From: Candidatus Omnitrophota bacterium
Lineage (GTDB): Bacteria > Omnitrophota > Gorgyraeia > Zapsychrales > Fredricksoniimonadaceae
Direction of reading: 5' to 3'
Assembly: GCA_030650275.1 (NCBI GenBank)
Contig: JAUSEK010000012.1
Location: forward strand, 472 to 64,471
Length of the DNA: 64,000 bases
A program made the position numbers and the translations under genes. A model generated the notes under the pieces. The model searched no databases, was not told the origin of the DNA, and saw only the letters and a program-made list of their open reading frames with translations. Shown piece after piece: positions 40,420-50,095 of the stretch. Numbering within the stretch: position 1 is the first letter of the stretch; each line of letters starts with the position of its first letter.

Positions 40420-41123
40420 GCGGAGTCCCGGGGCGGGAAATAAATATCTTTGATCAGGATACCGATGGTTTTAGCCACGGCCCTGATGCTCTTGAAACGA
40501 AAGGCCTTGGACTGCTCATGCCGGCGTCCGGCATGTTCAAAATAAACCGTCCGGTAGGGGGTCCCTTTCTTCAAAAGCCGCACCAGGCATTCGGCCAGAG
40601 CCGCCAGGCCGGTGGACTTGATGGGGATGGACCGCAGCAACTGTGTCTTGCAGATGAACGCGCCGTTGTAATACTGCAAACGCAGGCCAAAAAGCATGTT
40701 CATCATCCCGACGAACGATCGTGACACCGCCCGGCGGAACAGAGAACGGTGCTTGGTCTTTTGCATATACGAAATGACCAGGTCCGAGGACCCGCGGGAA
40801 GCGATCAGGTCCTTGAGAGAACTCATGGCCATGTCATTGTCGCCCGGAAAAACAGTCACATAGTCCTTGGACGCCATCTTGACCCCGCGGGCGAACGAAT
40901 AACCGAACCCCTCATTGGTCGCGTTGAGGGCCACCCGTATGCCGGGATTGCTTTCAGCCCTCAAACGCGCGAACTCTCCGGTCCGGTCCGGACTGCCGTC
41001 GTCCACGACGATGATCTCATAATCCGTGCCCGCGCCCTGGGCCGCGGCCACCGCGCTGTCAATGGCGGCTTCAATATTGCCTTCCTCTTTGTAAGCGGGA
41101 ATGATGATGGTCACACTGCTCAT
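40416..41123 (-). CDS. Glycosyltransferase family 2 (polyprenol-phosphate type)
   Basis: IIIPAYKEE, VVDDGSPD.T and N.GFG motifs. Confidence 0.9.
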   Translation of the reverse strand: MSSVTIIIPAYKEEGNIEAAIDSAVAAAQGAGTDYEIIVVDDGSPDRTGEFARLRAESNPGIRVALNATNEGFGYSFARGVKMASKDYVTVFPGDNDMAMSSLKDLIASRGSSDLVISYMQKTKHRSLFRRAVSRSFVGMMNMLFGLRLQYYNGAFICKTQLLRSIPIKSTGLAALAECLVRLLKKGTPYRTVYFEHAGRRHEQSKAFRFKSIRAVAKTIGILIKDIYFPPRDSA

Positions 41124-41147
41124 ATATCCTGATTCATTAGATCTGTT

Positions 41148-42902
41148 TCAGCTATTGGATACCGTCATGATTTTTGCTATTTCATCGAAAGGCAATTTAG
41201 GGTTCAGGTCCTCAAGACCGGAACCGAATTTGAGCATGGGCTCAATGGTCTGGTCAGGGTCTATCATCACGTCGCACACCACAGGCCCCTGAACGGCGAG
41301 CACCCGGGCCATGGTTTTGTCCAACTCGCCGTGATCACGGATACGGAAAGCCGGCAAGCCGAAGGCCTCGGCGGTCTTGACGAAATCCGGGAAACTCAAA
41401 CCTGTGGCTTCATTGACCGCGGCATAATTGGAATTCAGCCACGTATCAATGGTCTGTTTTTGGATGGCGTGGCCTCCGTTATTGAAAATGAACACTTTAA
41501 CGTTCAAGCGATACCGCCGGATGGTGGCCAATTCCTCGATGTTCATCATCAATCCCCCGTCGCCGGTGAGGCATAAAATCCGGCCGGGGCAGGCGAACGC
41601 GGCCCCGATGCTCGCCGACAATGCGTAACCCATCGGCGTATGGTTCCACGCGGAGAACATACGCTGGCCCTGCTTCATCTCAATAGCCTGCAGGGTCCAG
41701 GAAATATTGGCCCCGGTATCGGTGATGAACACGTCATTGTCAAGCGCGGCCTTGGAAACGGCCTTCACAAAAACATGGCCGTCAACATGCTTTGTCCGTT
41801 CATATTTATCAACCGGACAAACCGGATATTTTTTTGCCCACGCCTTGATCTGCTCCCTCCATTCTTTAAAGTGGTCCCGGTCAGGAGCGTGGACGCGCAT
41901 ATGCTCAAAGAAATGGTTAAGGTCTGCCTCAACATCCATATCCAGAGAAAAATCATTCTTGGTAAATTTGTTCAACTCGTTGGGATCAATATCCACCATG
42001 ACTTTCTTGGCCCTGGGCGCGAATAAAGTCGTTTTACCGCCGGTGATCATTTGCGACAAACGGGTGCCGACGGCAATGATCAAGTCCGCGTTCTGCGCCG
42101 CAAAATTGCCGGCCCTTGGGCCCACAACACCCAAACCCCCCATGTTCAAAGGATCGTCAAACGCCATCAGGTCTTTGCCGCCCCAGGTCAAAAGCACAGG
42201 GATATGGGAACGCCGCGCGAAGTCCAAAGCCGCGTCCATGGCACCGGCGATGCGGATGCCTGCCCCGTAAATGAGAACAGGCCGTTTGGCAGACGTGATC
42301 CAGGATGATAATGTTCCCGTCTGCTTCTTGATGTCCTTGGGTTGCGTCCCTACGGGGATGAACGTCTTCAAACGGCTGACGTCAATGTCCATCCTCTGCA
42401 GATCGTCGGGAATGTCCAGGGCCACGGGCCCCGGCCTGCCTTCTTTGGCGAGATAAACGGCTTTTTGCAATTCATATTGAATGTCATACGGGTCCATGAC
42501 ACGCGCAACGTATTTGGTGATGGACTTGAACAAAGAAACAATGTCCGTTTCCTGAAACCCTTTCTGGCGTAAATTTTCGTTGGGCCGCAGGCGCGGGGTC
42601 GTGACCTGCCCGCAGATGAACAAGACGGGGATAGAATCAAAATACGCGTTGCAGATGCTGGTGGTGAGATTGGTGGCGCCGGGGCCCGAGGTGACCATGG
42701 CTGTGCCCAAAGCAGGGCCTATGCGCGAATACGCGTCCGCGGCAGCACCGGCGGCCTGTTCATGGGCCACGCAAACATAGGACATCTCGGGATGGCGCGC
42801 CACGGAATCAACAGAATGGATGATGGCCCCACCCGAGACCACGAACACGTGTTTGATCCCCTGCCCGTATAAGAACTGCGCGATGAAATCCGATAATTTC
42901 AT
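41148..42902 (-). CDS. TPP-dependent enzyme, acetolactate-synthase-like (YerE-like)
   Basis: HEQAA, TSGPGATN, GFQETD, GRPGPV and GDGG...NN TPP motif. Start reassigned to MKLSD. Confidence 0.88.
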   Translation of the reverse strand: MKLSDFIAQFLYGQGIKHVFVVSGGAIIHSVDSVARHPEMSYVCVAHEQAAGAAADAYSRIGPALGTAMVTSGPGATNLTTSICNAYFDSIPVLFICGQVTTPRLRPNENLRQKGFQETDIVSLFKSITKYVARVMDPYDIQYELQKAVYLAKEGRPGPVALDIPDDLQRMDIDVSRLKTFIPVGTQPKDIKKQTGTLSSWITSAKRPVLIYGAGIRIAGAMDAALDFARRSHIPVLLTWGGKDLMAFDDPLNMGGLGVVGPRAGNFAAQNADLIIAVGTRLSQMITGGKTTLFAPRAKKVMVDIDPNELNKFTKNDFSLDMDVEADLNHFFEHMRVHAPDRDHFKEWREQIKAWAKKYPVCPVDKYERTKHVDGHVFVKAVSKAALDNDVFITDTGANISWTLQAIEMKQGQRMFSAWNHTPMGYALSASIGAAFACPGRILCLTGDGGLMMNIEELATIRRYRLNVKVFIFNNGGHAIQKQTIDTWLNSNYAAVNEATGLSFPDFVKTAEAFGLPAFRIRDHGELDKTMARVLAVQGPVVCDVMIDPDQTIEPMLKFGSGLEDLNPKLPFDEIAKIMTVSNS

Positions 42903-43579
42903 TATTTTGATCCAACGCCCATGCCAAAAATATAATGGCACATCGCCGGGTATCCGGTATGCAGGACCTCATCGTTCATGCCGAACATAAAAACACGCTT
43001 GAAATATTTTTCCATCAATGTCCTGAGCGATCCCTGGCTGTGCAAATTGATGTGCTGAACGCGGCTGCGCTGGGAAGCGTATTCATTGGCCGTGACATTG
43101 GGCGTGCCGATGATACAGACCCCGTCTTTTTTAAGGATGCCCGCCTGACCGGCGACAAAAGGACCGTTCAAGTGACGATCCAGATGCTCGATCACATCGA
43201 TGGAGTATGCCCCGCAAAAAGAGGCCCTGGGCAATTTGAGGTCCTGGATGGTGCCTTGACGAAAATCGATGTTCTTGATCTTGGCCAGACGTTTTTTATT
43301 GCCGGCAATGTGCCTGGCATCCGGCTCTATGGCCGTAACTTTTTTGACATGCTGGGCAACGATGGGCGTCCCGAAGGCGTCCCCACAGCCAACCTCGATC
43401 ACACGGTCCATCCCATCCAGCATTTTGGCGCAAAATTTGTAACGGGCCAGCACGAATCCCATGTGCTTGGGGTCGTTCAATAAACTGTAGGACGTCCACG
43501 GGCCTAATGCAACGGGATCAATGAATTGATGGTCCGTGCCTATCCGATACGCCTGCTGTTGTGTCAATTTCTTAACCAT
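42902..43579 (-). CDS. Class I SAM-dependent methyltransferase
   Basis: EVGCGDAFG, DVIEHL and GTPN motifs. Confidence 0.85.
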   Translation of the reverse strand: MVKKLTQQQAYRIGTDHQFIDPVALGPWTSYSLLNDPKHMGFVLARYKFCAKMLDGMDRVIEVGCGDAFGTPIVAQHVKKVTAIEPDARHIAGNKKRLAKIKNIDFRQGTIQDLKLPRASFCGAYSIDVIEHLDRHLNGPFVAGQAGILKKDGVCIIGTPNVTANEYASQRSRVQHINLHSQGSLRTLMEKYFKRVFMFGMNDEVLHTGYPAMCHYIFGMGVGSK

Positions 43580-43595
43580 AACGCCTTTCCATTGA

Positions 43596-44438
43596 CTAGC
43601 CAAAACTGTTTTTATTACGTCTTAACTTATACATATCCGGATCGGTTTTGAGCGCTTTCTTTAATTTCTCTCTCTTGCCCTCACGCCACGGGTCGTAAAC
43701 CACGGAAAAATTACGGCCGCCGGCGACGGGCTTGCCCTGTTCGCACAGCCAGTCAACGCATTCATAAATGTCATCCAGAGATGTCCCGTTCTTGTTCTTC
43801 AAAAAATCCCGCGTTTCCAGGACCTTGGCTTTGGCGGTGCGCTTGTCGGATAAGATGGTCTTGTGGATCTTTGTCCTTGTCCACCCCGGACCGATGATGA
43901 ACACGTTAAGGTCTTTGTTCTCCGCATCCAGGAATTCACACATTTTAGCCAGCATGATCTTGGAGATCGTATAGGCCGAAAAATTAACAACACTCCCGTT
44001 CATGCCGCCGCCGGCAAAAAAAATCACGTCCGCTTTCCTGCGGTTGCGATAAGGGTGCAGCATGTGCAAGGCGCGTAACTGTTCAATGGCATTAACGCCA
44101 ACGGAACCCTTCCACTCGTCAAAATCACAATCAAAGAACGGTATCACCGGCAAAGGATAGCCGACGCAGGATATCAAAATATCCCACTTCAACTTCTTGC
44201 TCCTGATCTGCCTGACAAAACGATCCAGATCCGCGCGCTTGCCAAGGTCGCATTTGAACAAAAGGCAATCAGGCAAACCTTGGAGGTCCTGGACGTGAAT
44301 TTTGGTCCGATAAGTACCAACGACCGTAAAACCACGACGCAAATATTTCCTGGCCAAATGCGCGCCGATATCACTGCTAATAGATAAAATAACAACGATT
44401 TTCTTCATACGTGTGTCCGCATAATTCCCGGTATTCAT
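43596..44438 (-). CDS. SDR family oxidoreductase
   Basis: Degenerate Rossmann motif (SISSDIG), YTISK and GPGW. Confidence 0.8.
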   Translation of the reverse strand: MNTGNYADTRMKKIVVILSISSDIGAHLARKYLRRGFTVVGTYRTKIHVQDLQGLPDCLLFKCDLGKRADLDRFVRQIRSKKLKWDILISCVGYPLPVIPFFDCDFDEWKGSVGVNAIEQLRALHMLHPYRNRRKADVIFFAGGGMNGSVVNFSAYTISKIMLAKMCEFLDAENKDLNVFIIGPGWTRTKIHKTILSDKRTAKAKVLETRDFLKNKNGTSLDDIYECVDWLCEQGKPVAGGRNFSVVYDPWREGKREKLKKALKTDPDMYKLRRNKNSFG

Positions 44439-45358
44439 TTTTTGAGGCCCGCGGGGAACAGCAAAGAAGTTATGATGGAAATAAAAATAGTGACCGCGAT
44501 AAAACCAAGGGCCAGGACGATGGGGATCTCCACAAAATGTCCGATCAGCATTTTGATGCCGACAAAGATCAGGATCACGCCCAGACCGTAATGCAAATGA
44601 TGAAAGAGCCCCATGACCCCGGCGAGCGCGAAATACATGGCCCTTAAGCCCAGAATGGCAAAGATATTGGACGAATACGCGATGAACGGGTCCTTGGTGA
44701 CCGCCAGAATGGCCGGGATGGAATCAATGGCAAAAATAATGTCCGCGGTCTCGATGGCGATCAGGACAACCAGCAAAGGTGTCGCATGCCAGACGCCGTT
44801 GATCACTGTCCCGAAGGCCCCGCCGATATAACCCTTTGTCACCGGGAAAAAACGGCGGAACAGGCGCAGGACAAAACTCTTTTCGGGGTCCACCTCTTTT
44901 TCTTTTTCAAAAAACAATTTAAATCCGGAAAAAGCCAGAAAACCGCCAAAGACATACATCAGCCAGTGGAATTGTTTTAAAAGCGCGATACCGGCAAGAA
45001 TAAAAACAGCGCGCATGACCTGCGCCCCGATGATCCCCCACAGAAGCACCCGGTGCTGATAGGCCGGCGGCACTTTAAAATAGGAAAAAATGAGCAGAAA
45101 AACGAACAGATTATCAACGCTTAAGGACTGTTCGATCACATACCCGGTCAAAAATTCCAACGCCCTTTGGGAGCCCAGCCAGAAATAAATGCCGATGTTA
45201 AAAAAAACGGCCAGCAGGACCCAGACCCCGGTCAAGGCCATGGCCTTGCGGATCTTGATCTCCCTGTCCCGTGGACTTAGAACGCAGGCATCGAAGACCA
45301 GCAAAAGGACCACAAAAACGTTAAAAACAACCCAAAGCACGGGCGACGATGTTGTCAT
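44435..45358 (-). CDS. terC: TerC/Alx family membrane protein
   Basis: EQSLSVDNLFVF, DIIFAIDSIPA and SNIFAILGLR motifs. Confidence 0.92.
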   Translation of the reverse strand: MTTSSPVLWVVFNVFVVLLLVFDACVLSPRDREIKIRKAMALTGVWVLLAVFFNIGIYFWLGSQRALEFLTGYVIEQSLSVDNLFVFLLIFSYFKVPPAYQHRVLLWGIIGAQVMRAVFILAGIALLKQFHWLMYVFGGFLAFSGFKLFFEKEKEVDPEKSFVLRLFRRFFPVTKGYIGGAFGTVINGVWHATPLLVVLIAIETADIIFAIDSIPAILAVTKDPFIAYSSNIFAILGLRAMYFALAGVMGLFHHLHYGLGVILIFVGIKMLIGHFVEIPIVLALGFIAVTIFISIITSLLFPAGLKK

Positions 45359-45825
45359 GTTTTACCCCGGTCAAAGTTACCGCTTTTACCGCCGCTTTTA
45401 TGCATCAAACGGATCCCGGAAATGACCATGTCCTGCCCCGCCCATTTCATCATGTCATAAATGGTCAGGCAGGCAACGGACACCGCAGCCAGAGCTTCCA
45501 TTTCAACCCCGGTTTTTCCCGAACACAAAACCTCGGCTGTCACAAGGACCGCGTGTTTGCTCTTTTGAGGCAGACATTCGACTTTGATTTTTTCCAGGAC
45601 CAGCGGATGGCACAAAGGAATGAGGGCCGGTGTGGATTTCGCGGCCATGATGCCGGCGATCCTTGCTGTCTCTAAAACATCGCCTTTGGGCGACCGGCCG
45701 GTGATCAGGGCCTTGAACGCGGCGGGTGATAAAGTTATAACGCCTTGTGCCACAGCCCGGCGGACCGTAACATCTTTGGAACTGATGTCCACCATTCCCG
45801 CGCGCGATCTTTTATTCAAAGGCAT
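45355..45825 (-). CDS. moaC: Cyclic pyranopterin monophosphate synthase
   Basis: MVDIS.K, LIPLCH, TGVEMEAL, TIYDM.K and KSGGKSG motifs. Confidence 0.95.
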   Translation of the reverse strand: MPLNKRSRAGMVDISSKDVTVRRAVAQGVITLSPAAFKALITGRSPKGDVLETARIAGIMAAKSTPALIPLCHPLVLEKIKVECLPQKSKHAVLVTAEVLCSGKTGVEMEALAAVSVACLTIYDMMKWAGQDMVISGIRLMHKSGGKSGNFDRGKT

Positions 45826-46162
45826 TTTTTTTCCGCTGTTGTTTTTTTTGCGCGTGCTTCTTTTTTTCTTCCAGCATGCGCTCCTTGGCCGCCCGCGAAC
45901 GCTGACGGTCCTGACGGCGTTTTTTCGCCCGGGCCTGCCTTAACTGCTGATATTCCTGCTCAAATTTTTTTTCAACGGCACGCGCCAGCAAGCCCCAGGC
46001 CTCCTGCCGGTTGAGATGCTGGAAACGGTATTTCTGGCATTTGACCCTGATCCCCGTCGGCCGGTGCCATAACTGCACACAGGTGGCGACCTTGTTGACG
46101 TTCTGCCCGCCGGGCCCGGAAGAACGGACAAACGTTTCAACAACATCTTCCTTGCGGACCAT
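45812..46162 (-). CDS. ArfB/RF-1 domain peptidyl-tRNA hydrolase-like protein
   Basis: RSSGPGGQNVNK motif and a basic C-terminal tail. Confidence 0.88.
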   Translation of the reverse strand: MVRKEDVVETFVRSSGPGGQNVNKVATCVQLWHRPTGIRVKCQKYRFQHLNRQEAWGLLARAVEKKFEQEYQQLRQARAKKRRQDRQRSRAAKERMLEEKKKHAQKKQQRKKNAFE

Positions 46163-46170
46163 GTTCCCTC

Positions 46171-47805
46171 TTAACGCGTGAATTTGATCAGGGACGGGGC
46201 ATAATCTCCGGGGGCCTCATACCCCAGTAAATTCAATAAGGTGGCGGCGACATTGGCCAATCCCTGTTGAGATAATTGCGCCATTTCATATTCGCCGTTA
46301 TATTGGGCATCCACGATGGCGCATGGCACGGGGTTGAGCGAATGCGCTGTGCTCACCTGTTTTTTGCCGTCCTTGACAATGAACATCTCATCCGCGTTGC
46401 CGTGGTCCGCCAAAACCACGGCAATACCGTTCAATTCCTTAATAACAGCCAAAAGTTCGGCCAACCCCTGGTCCACCGCCTCAACGGCGATGATGATGGC
46501 CTGGGGCACACCCGTATGGCCGACCATGTCGCCGTTTGGAAAATTGATGCGGCCGAACCTGTATTGACCGGACCGGAGCAATTCAATGGTCTTTTCAGTG
46601 ATCTGGGCCGCTTTCATCTTCGGCGCCTGGTCAAAACGGACCTTGTCCGAAAGGATCTCAACGTAGGTTTCAAGCTTGTTATCCACATAACCGCTTTTAT
46701 TGCCGTTCCAGAAATAGGTCACGTGGCCGTATTTTTGCGTTTCGGAAAGGGCGAATGAGGTGATGCCGTTGGCGCACATATAAACGCCGACGGGGCCTTC
46801 GATCTGCGGCGGATCAACGAGAAAATTCTTCGGGATATGCAGGTCCCCATCATATTGCATCATGCCGGCAAAAAGCACGTCCGGCACGCGCACACGGTCA
46901 AACTTATTGAAATCCTTTTGCTCGAACGCCATGGACAGTTCAATGGCCCTGTCCCCGCGGAAGTTAAAAAATACGACCGAATCGCCGTCCTCAATGGTCC
47001 CGACCGGAGAGCCGTCGTCCTCAATGACGAAAGGATCCAGATACTGGTCGGTGATGGCCGGGTCTTCGTTATAGCAGGTCTGCACGGCCTCGGCCGCGGA
47101 AGCGAAACGCCGGCCTTTGCCCAACACATGCGCTTTCCAGCCGCGCTCAACGATCGCCCAATCGGCATTGTAGCGGTCCATGGTGGTGACCATGCGCCCC
47201 CCGCCGGAAGCGATGCGATAATCATAGCCCTTGGAAGTATTATTGACCTCTTTGAGAACGGCCTCGGCCTTTTCAATATAGGTCAAAGCGCTTTTCTCAT
47301 AAACATCGCGCCCGTCTAAAAGCGCGTGGATCCGCAGGCGTTTGACGCCGTCCTGGGCACAGCGGCGGACCATGGCCAACAACTGGTCAATATGCGCGTG
47401 CACGTTGCCGTCGGACAAAAGCCCTATCAAATGGAATATCTTGTTCTCGCCCTTGACCCGTTCAACCAGGTCTTTCCACAATTTGGTCTGGAAAACAGCG
47501 CCGCTGTCAATGGACTTTTGGACGAGTTTGGCGCCCTGGTCAAAAACGCGGCCAGCGCCCAGGGCATTATGCCCCACCTCGCTGTTGCCCATATCGTCAT
47601 CGGAAGGCATGCCGACGGCAGTGCCGTGGGCTTTCAATTGCGTGTACAATTTGGACTGCATCAGTTCATCCAAACACGGCGTTTTTGCCAAAAAAACACC
47701 ATCGCTGTCGTCGTGTTTACCGATGCCGATCCCGTCCATGATGACCAGCAGCAAAGGCCCCGGGCGTCCGGAAAAGCCAGACAATTTTTTTAATTCATAA
47801 GACAT
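46171..47805 (-). CDS. gpmI: 2,3-bisphosphoglycerate-independent phosphoglycerate mutase
   Basis: MGNSEVGH, LLSDGNVH, FNFRGDR, DMVGHTG and ADHGNA motifs. Start reassigned to MSYEL. Confidence 0.95.
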   Translation of the reverse strand: MSYELKKLSGFSGRPGPLLLVIMDGIGIGKHDDSDGVFLAKTPCLDELMQSKLYTQLKAHGTAVGMPSDDDMGNSEVGHNALGAGRVFDQGAKLVQKSIDSGAVFQTKLWKDLVERVKGENKIFHLIGLLSDGNVHAHIDQLLAMVRRCAQDGVKRLRIHALLDGRDVYEKSALTYIEKAEAVLKEVNNTSKGYDYRIASGGGRMVTTMDRYNADWAIVERGWKAHVLGKGRRFASAAEAVQTCYNEDPAITDQYLDPFVIEDDGSPVGTIEDGDSVVFFNFRGDRAIELSMAFEQKDFNKFDRVRVPDVLFAGMMQYDGDLHIPKNFLVDPPQIEGPVGVYMCANGITSFALSETQKYGHVTYFWNGNKSGYVDNKLETYVEILSDKVRFDQAPKMKAAQITEKTIELLRSGQYRFGRINFPNGDMVGHTGVPQAIIIAVEAVDQGLAELLAVIKELNGIAVVLADHGNADEMFIVKDGKKQVSTAHSLNPVPCAIVDAQYNGEYEMAQLSQQGLANVAATLLNLLGYEAPGDYAPSLIKFTR

Positions 47806-47812
47806 AAAGGTT

Positions 47813-48028
47813 CTATTTCGATCTTTTCCCTGCGGTTTTTGGGTGGGACATGTGATACGCGACCCATGCCGCGGCATGGTTTTTCAGCCAGTCCTCCGCG
47901 GCGGCCTCAAAGCCGATGTCATAGCCGGCAATCTCGCTTTCCAGCCATTTGTGACGGCCGATCTCTTCGATCACCCTCTTGTTGCGCAAGAGCTTCTTCG
48001 GGTCAATGGGTAATTTATTTTTGAACAT
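47813..48028 (-). CDS. Small conserved hypothetical protein (DUF4032-like)
   Basis: EI.RHKW.ESE..G.DIGF..A..DW pattern. Confidence 0.65.
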   Translation of the reverse strand: MFKNKLPIDPKKLLRNKRVIEEIGRHKWLESEIAGYDIGFEAAAEDWLKNHAAAWVAYHMSHPKTAGKRSK

Positions 48029-48146
48029 TTCGTTGTTATTTTAACCGCTAACCCCTTTTTTTGCAAGGATTTAACTTCCCTCAAACAAAAAAATCCCATC
48101 AGGAATTTCTGAAGGGATCTTTATGCCGTCATTTTGACGTAAGGGC

Positions 48147-48380
48147 CTAATTGGAAAGGGTCTGCAAAACCAACTGTTCCGCGGCCAGCCAATCCTGGAA
48201 ATCATTGCCATTCTGACAGCCCCGCTGCATATAAAGCTCGTAGGCTTTCAGGCGGATGGCGTCCTGGATCTGATCGGGAGCCAATTGTGCGCCGGGGGTT
48301 GTTTTTTGCGTTTCAAATTCCTGTTTGGCAATGGCTTTGCTGACGGCCTTTCTGCTGCTTGTTTTTCTGCCAAGTCTCAT
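48147..48380 (-). CDS. DUF2934 domain protein
   Basis: IRLKAYELY.QRG...G....DWLAAE; SD GGAAGGAGG upstream of 48380. Confidence 0.85.
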   Translation of the reverse strand: MRLGRKTSSRKAVSKAIAKQEFETQKTTPGAQLAPDQIQDAIRLKAYELYMQRGCQNGNDFQDWLAAEQLVLQTLSN

Positions 48381-48483
48381 ACTGCACCTCCTTCCATCAA
48401 TGGTGATGGGGTCATTATTATCACCTCTGACAAAAACTGTCAATAGATTTTTAAGCCCCAAAGCAGGAAAAGCAAATTAATAA

Positions 48484-49680
48484 ATGCAAAAAGAATTAAT
48501 TGCTATAGAATTATTTTGTATGTTATCCAAGATCAAACGCTCCGCCCCCATCCTTTTTATTAGCCTGCTCTTTGCGACCGCTTCTTTCTATTTACTCGTC
48601 TCTCTGCCTTTTCTAAACATCATCCATAGACAATCCTACGATGCCCTCTTTAAAATAGAATATAAGTTAAGGCCTCCTCCTTTAGCGATCAATGATATCC
48701 TACTTGTGGTCATTGACAACGCTACGCTCAAGAACATGCCCCAGCGCTGGCCATATTCACGTGCCACGTTCGCGACAGTCATCAAAAACCTTAAAAAGGC
48801 CGAAGCAAAGACCATTGCGTTTGATTTTGTGTTCTGGGGCAAAACAGATCCTCAAGAAGATGCCACCCTTATCCAGGCGGTGGATGAAGGAAAGGTCATT
48901 CTCCCCTGCCTGATCAATGAAGATGGAATGATAGAATTCTCTGACCTGCCGGGTCCAACCACGGCGTTTTATTCCGGTGTTGTCACAAAAATTCAAGATA
49001 GAAACGGCGTCATACGCAGGAACCTCACCTACATTGTGAATAAAAATGAACCGCTCAAGGGGATCCTTTCATGGGAGATGCAGATCCTTAAAGCCGTAAG
49101 ATCGATCGACCTCTCAACCTTAGTCAGCAACGGGGACATTGTTTCGTTTCAAAACGATGCCGGCGAAAAATGGATGATCCCCGTAGAGCCCTCTACAAAA
49201 GCTTTTCCCATTCATTTTCGCGCGCACGCGGCGGATTTTAACCGGATCTCTTTTATTAATGTGCTCAAGGGAAATTTTGATCCTGATAAAGTAAAGGGTA
49301 AAATTATTATCCTGGGAACTCTTTCTTCTTTGTTTGGCGATCTATACCCTACCCCCATTGGTTGGCTGCCCGGCATTGCGATCAATGCAAACGCCTTCTT
49401 GGATCTCTATACACATGATTTTCTGAAAAATATACCAGCACCCATAGAGCTTTGTGTTATACTTCTAACTGTAATTATTTCCGGGCTGTTGGTCGTGCTG
49501 TTCAAAACCAAAAAAGCGATTTTACTGATCTCCTTGGAAATATCTCTTATTTTAACAATGACTTACGCGCTGCTGATCCACGGTTACCTTTGGAACTATT
49601 TTCTTATTGCTGTTTTAACAATGGTCTGTCCGTTCGCGGCCAAGAAGGTTTGTCTGAACTGGAGGACATATGAACAATAA
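48484..49680 (+). CDS. CHASE2 sensor domain membrane protein with no output domain
   Basis: V.ID...RWP.SR...IAFDFVF...D.NG.IR...GKIIILG...TP.G..PG followed by three TM helices. Confidence 0.85.
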   Translation: MQKELIAIELFCMLSKIKRSAPILFISLLFATASFYLLVSLPFLNIIHRQSYDALFKIEYKLRPPPLAINDILLVVIDNATLKNMPQRWPYSRATFATVIKNLKKAEAKTIAFDFVFWGKTDPQEDATLIQAVDEGKVILPCLINEDGMIEFSDLPGPTTAFYSGVVTKIQDRNGVIRRNLTYIVNKNEPLKGILSWEMQILKAVRSIDLSTLVSNGDIVSFQNDAGEKWMIPVEPSTKAFPIHFRAHAADFNRISFINVLKGNFDPDKVKGKIIILGTLSSLFGDLYPTPIGWLPGIAINANAFLDLYTHDFLKNIPAPIELCVILLTVIISGLLVVLFKTKKAILLISLEISLILTMTYALLIHGYLWNYFLIAVLTMVCPFAAKKVCLNWRTYEQ

Positions 49681-50086
49681 AAACAAAAACCGCATTTGGG
49701 CTGTATTTATTATTTGCTTTGCGCTATTGGGTTGCTCAAAAATGGACAGCAAGGTCCATATAACCGATATAAAGATAGCAACCGCGGTGGATGAGAATAT
49801 AGTCCCTGTCAAAGTGACGAATATCTTTCCTAAAGGCACAACCGGGGTATTCTGCTGGTTCAAATGGCAGGACAGCGAGATCAACACGCCAATTGTGGCA
49901 AAATGGGATTATGAAACTGACAATATCCACGTACTTGATTATACTTTTTCCATACCCAGAAGGAACGGAAGGGGCAGCGTCTCGCTTTCTATGCCTGAAG
50001 GCAAGCCCATGCCTTCCGGATCGTATCGGATAACTCTTGCGCTTGGAAAACAGGATCTAAAATCGCTTACTTTTGAAATACAATAA
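49670..50086 (+). CDS. Putative lipoprotein (beta-sandwich-like)
   Basis: LLGC lipobox; G.Y.I.L C-terminal strand. Confidence 0.7.
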   Translation: MNNKNKNRIWAVFIICFALLGCSKMDSKVHITDIKIATAVDENIVPVKVTNIFPKGTTGVFCWFKWQDSEINTPIVAKWDYETDNIHVLDYTFSIPRRNGRGSVSLSMPEGKPMPSGSYRITLALGKQDLKSLTFEIQ

Positions 50087-50095
50087 GACCGGATC

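Noticed and set aside
41148-42902. Calling the TPP enzyme ilvB
   Set aside because: No regulatory subunit or ilv genes are adjacent, and the context is glycan modification.
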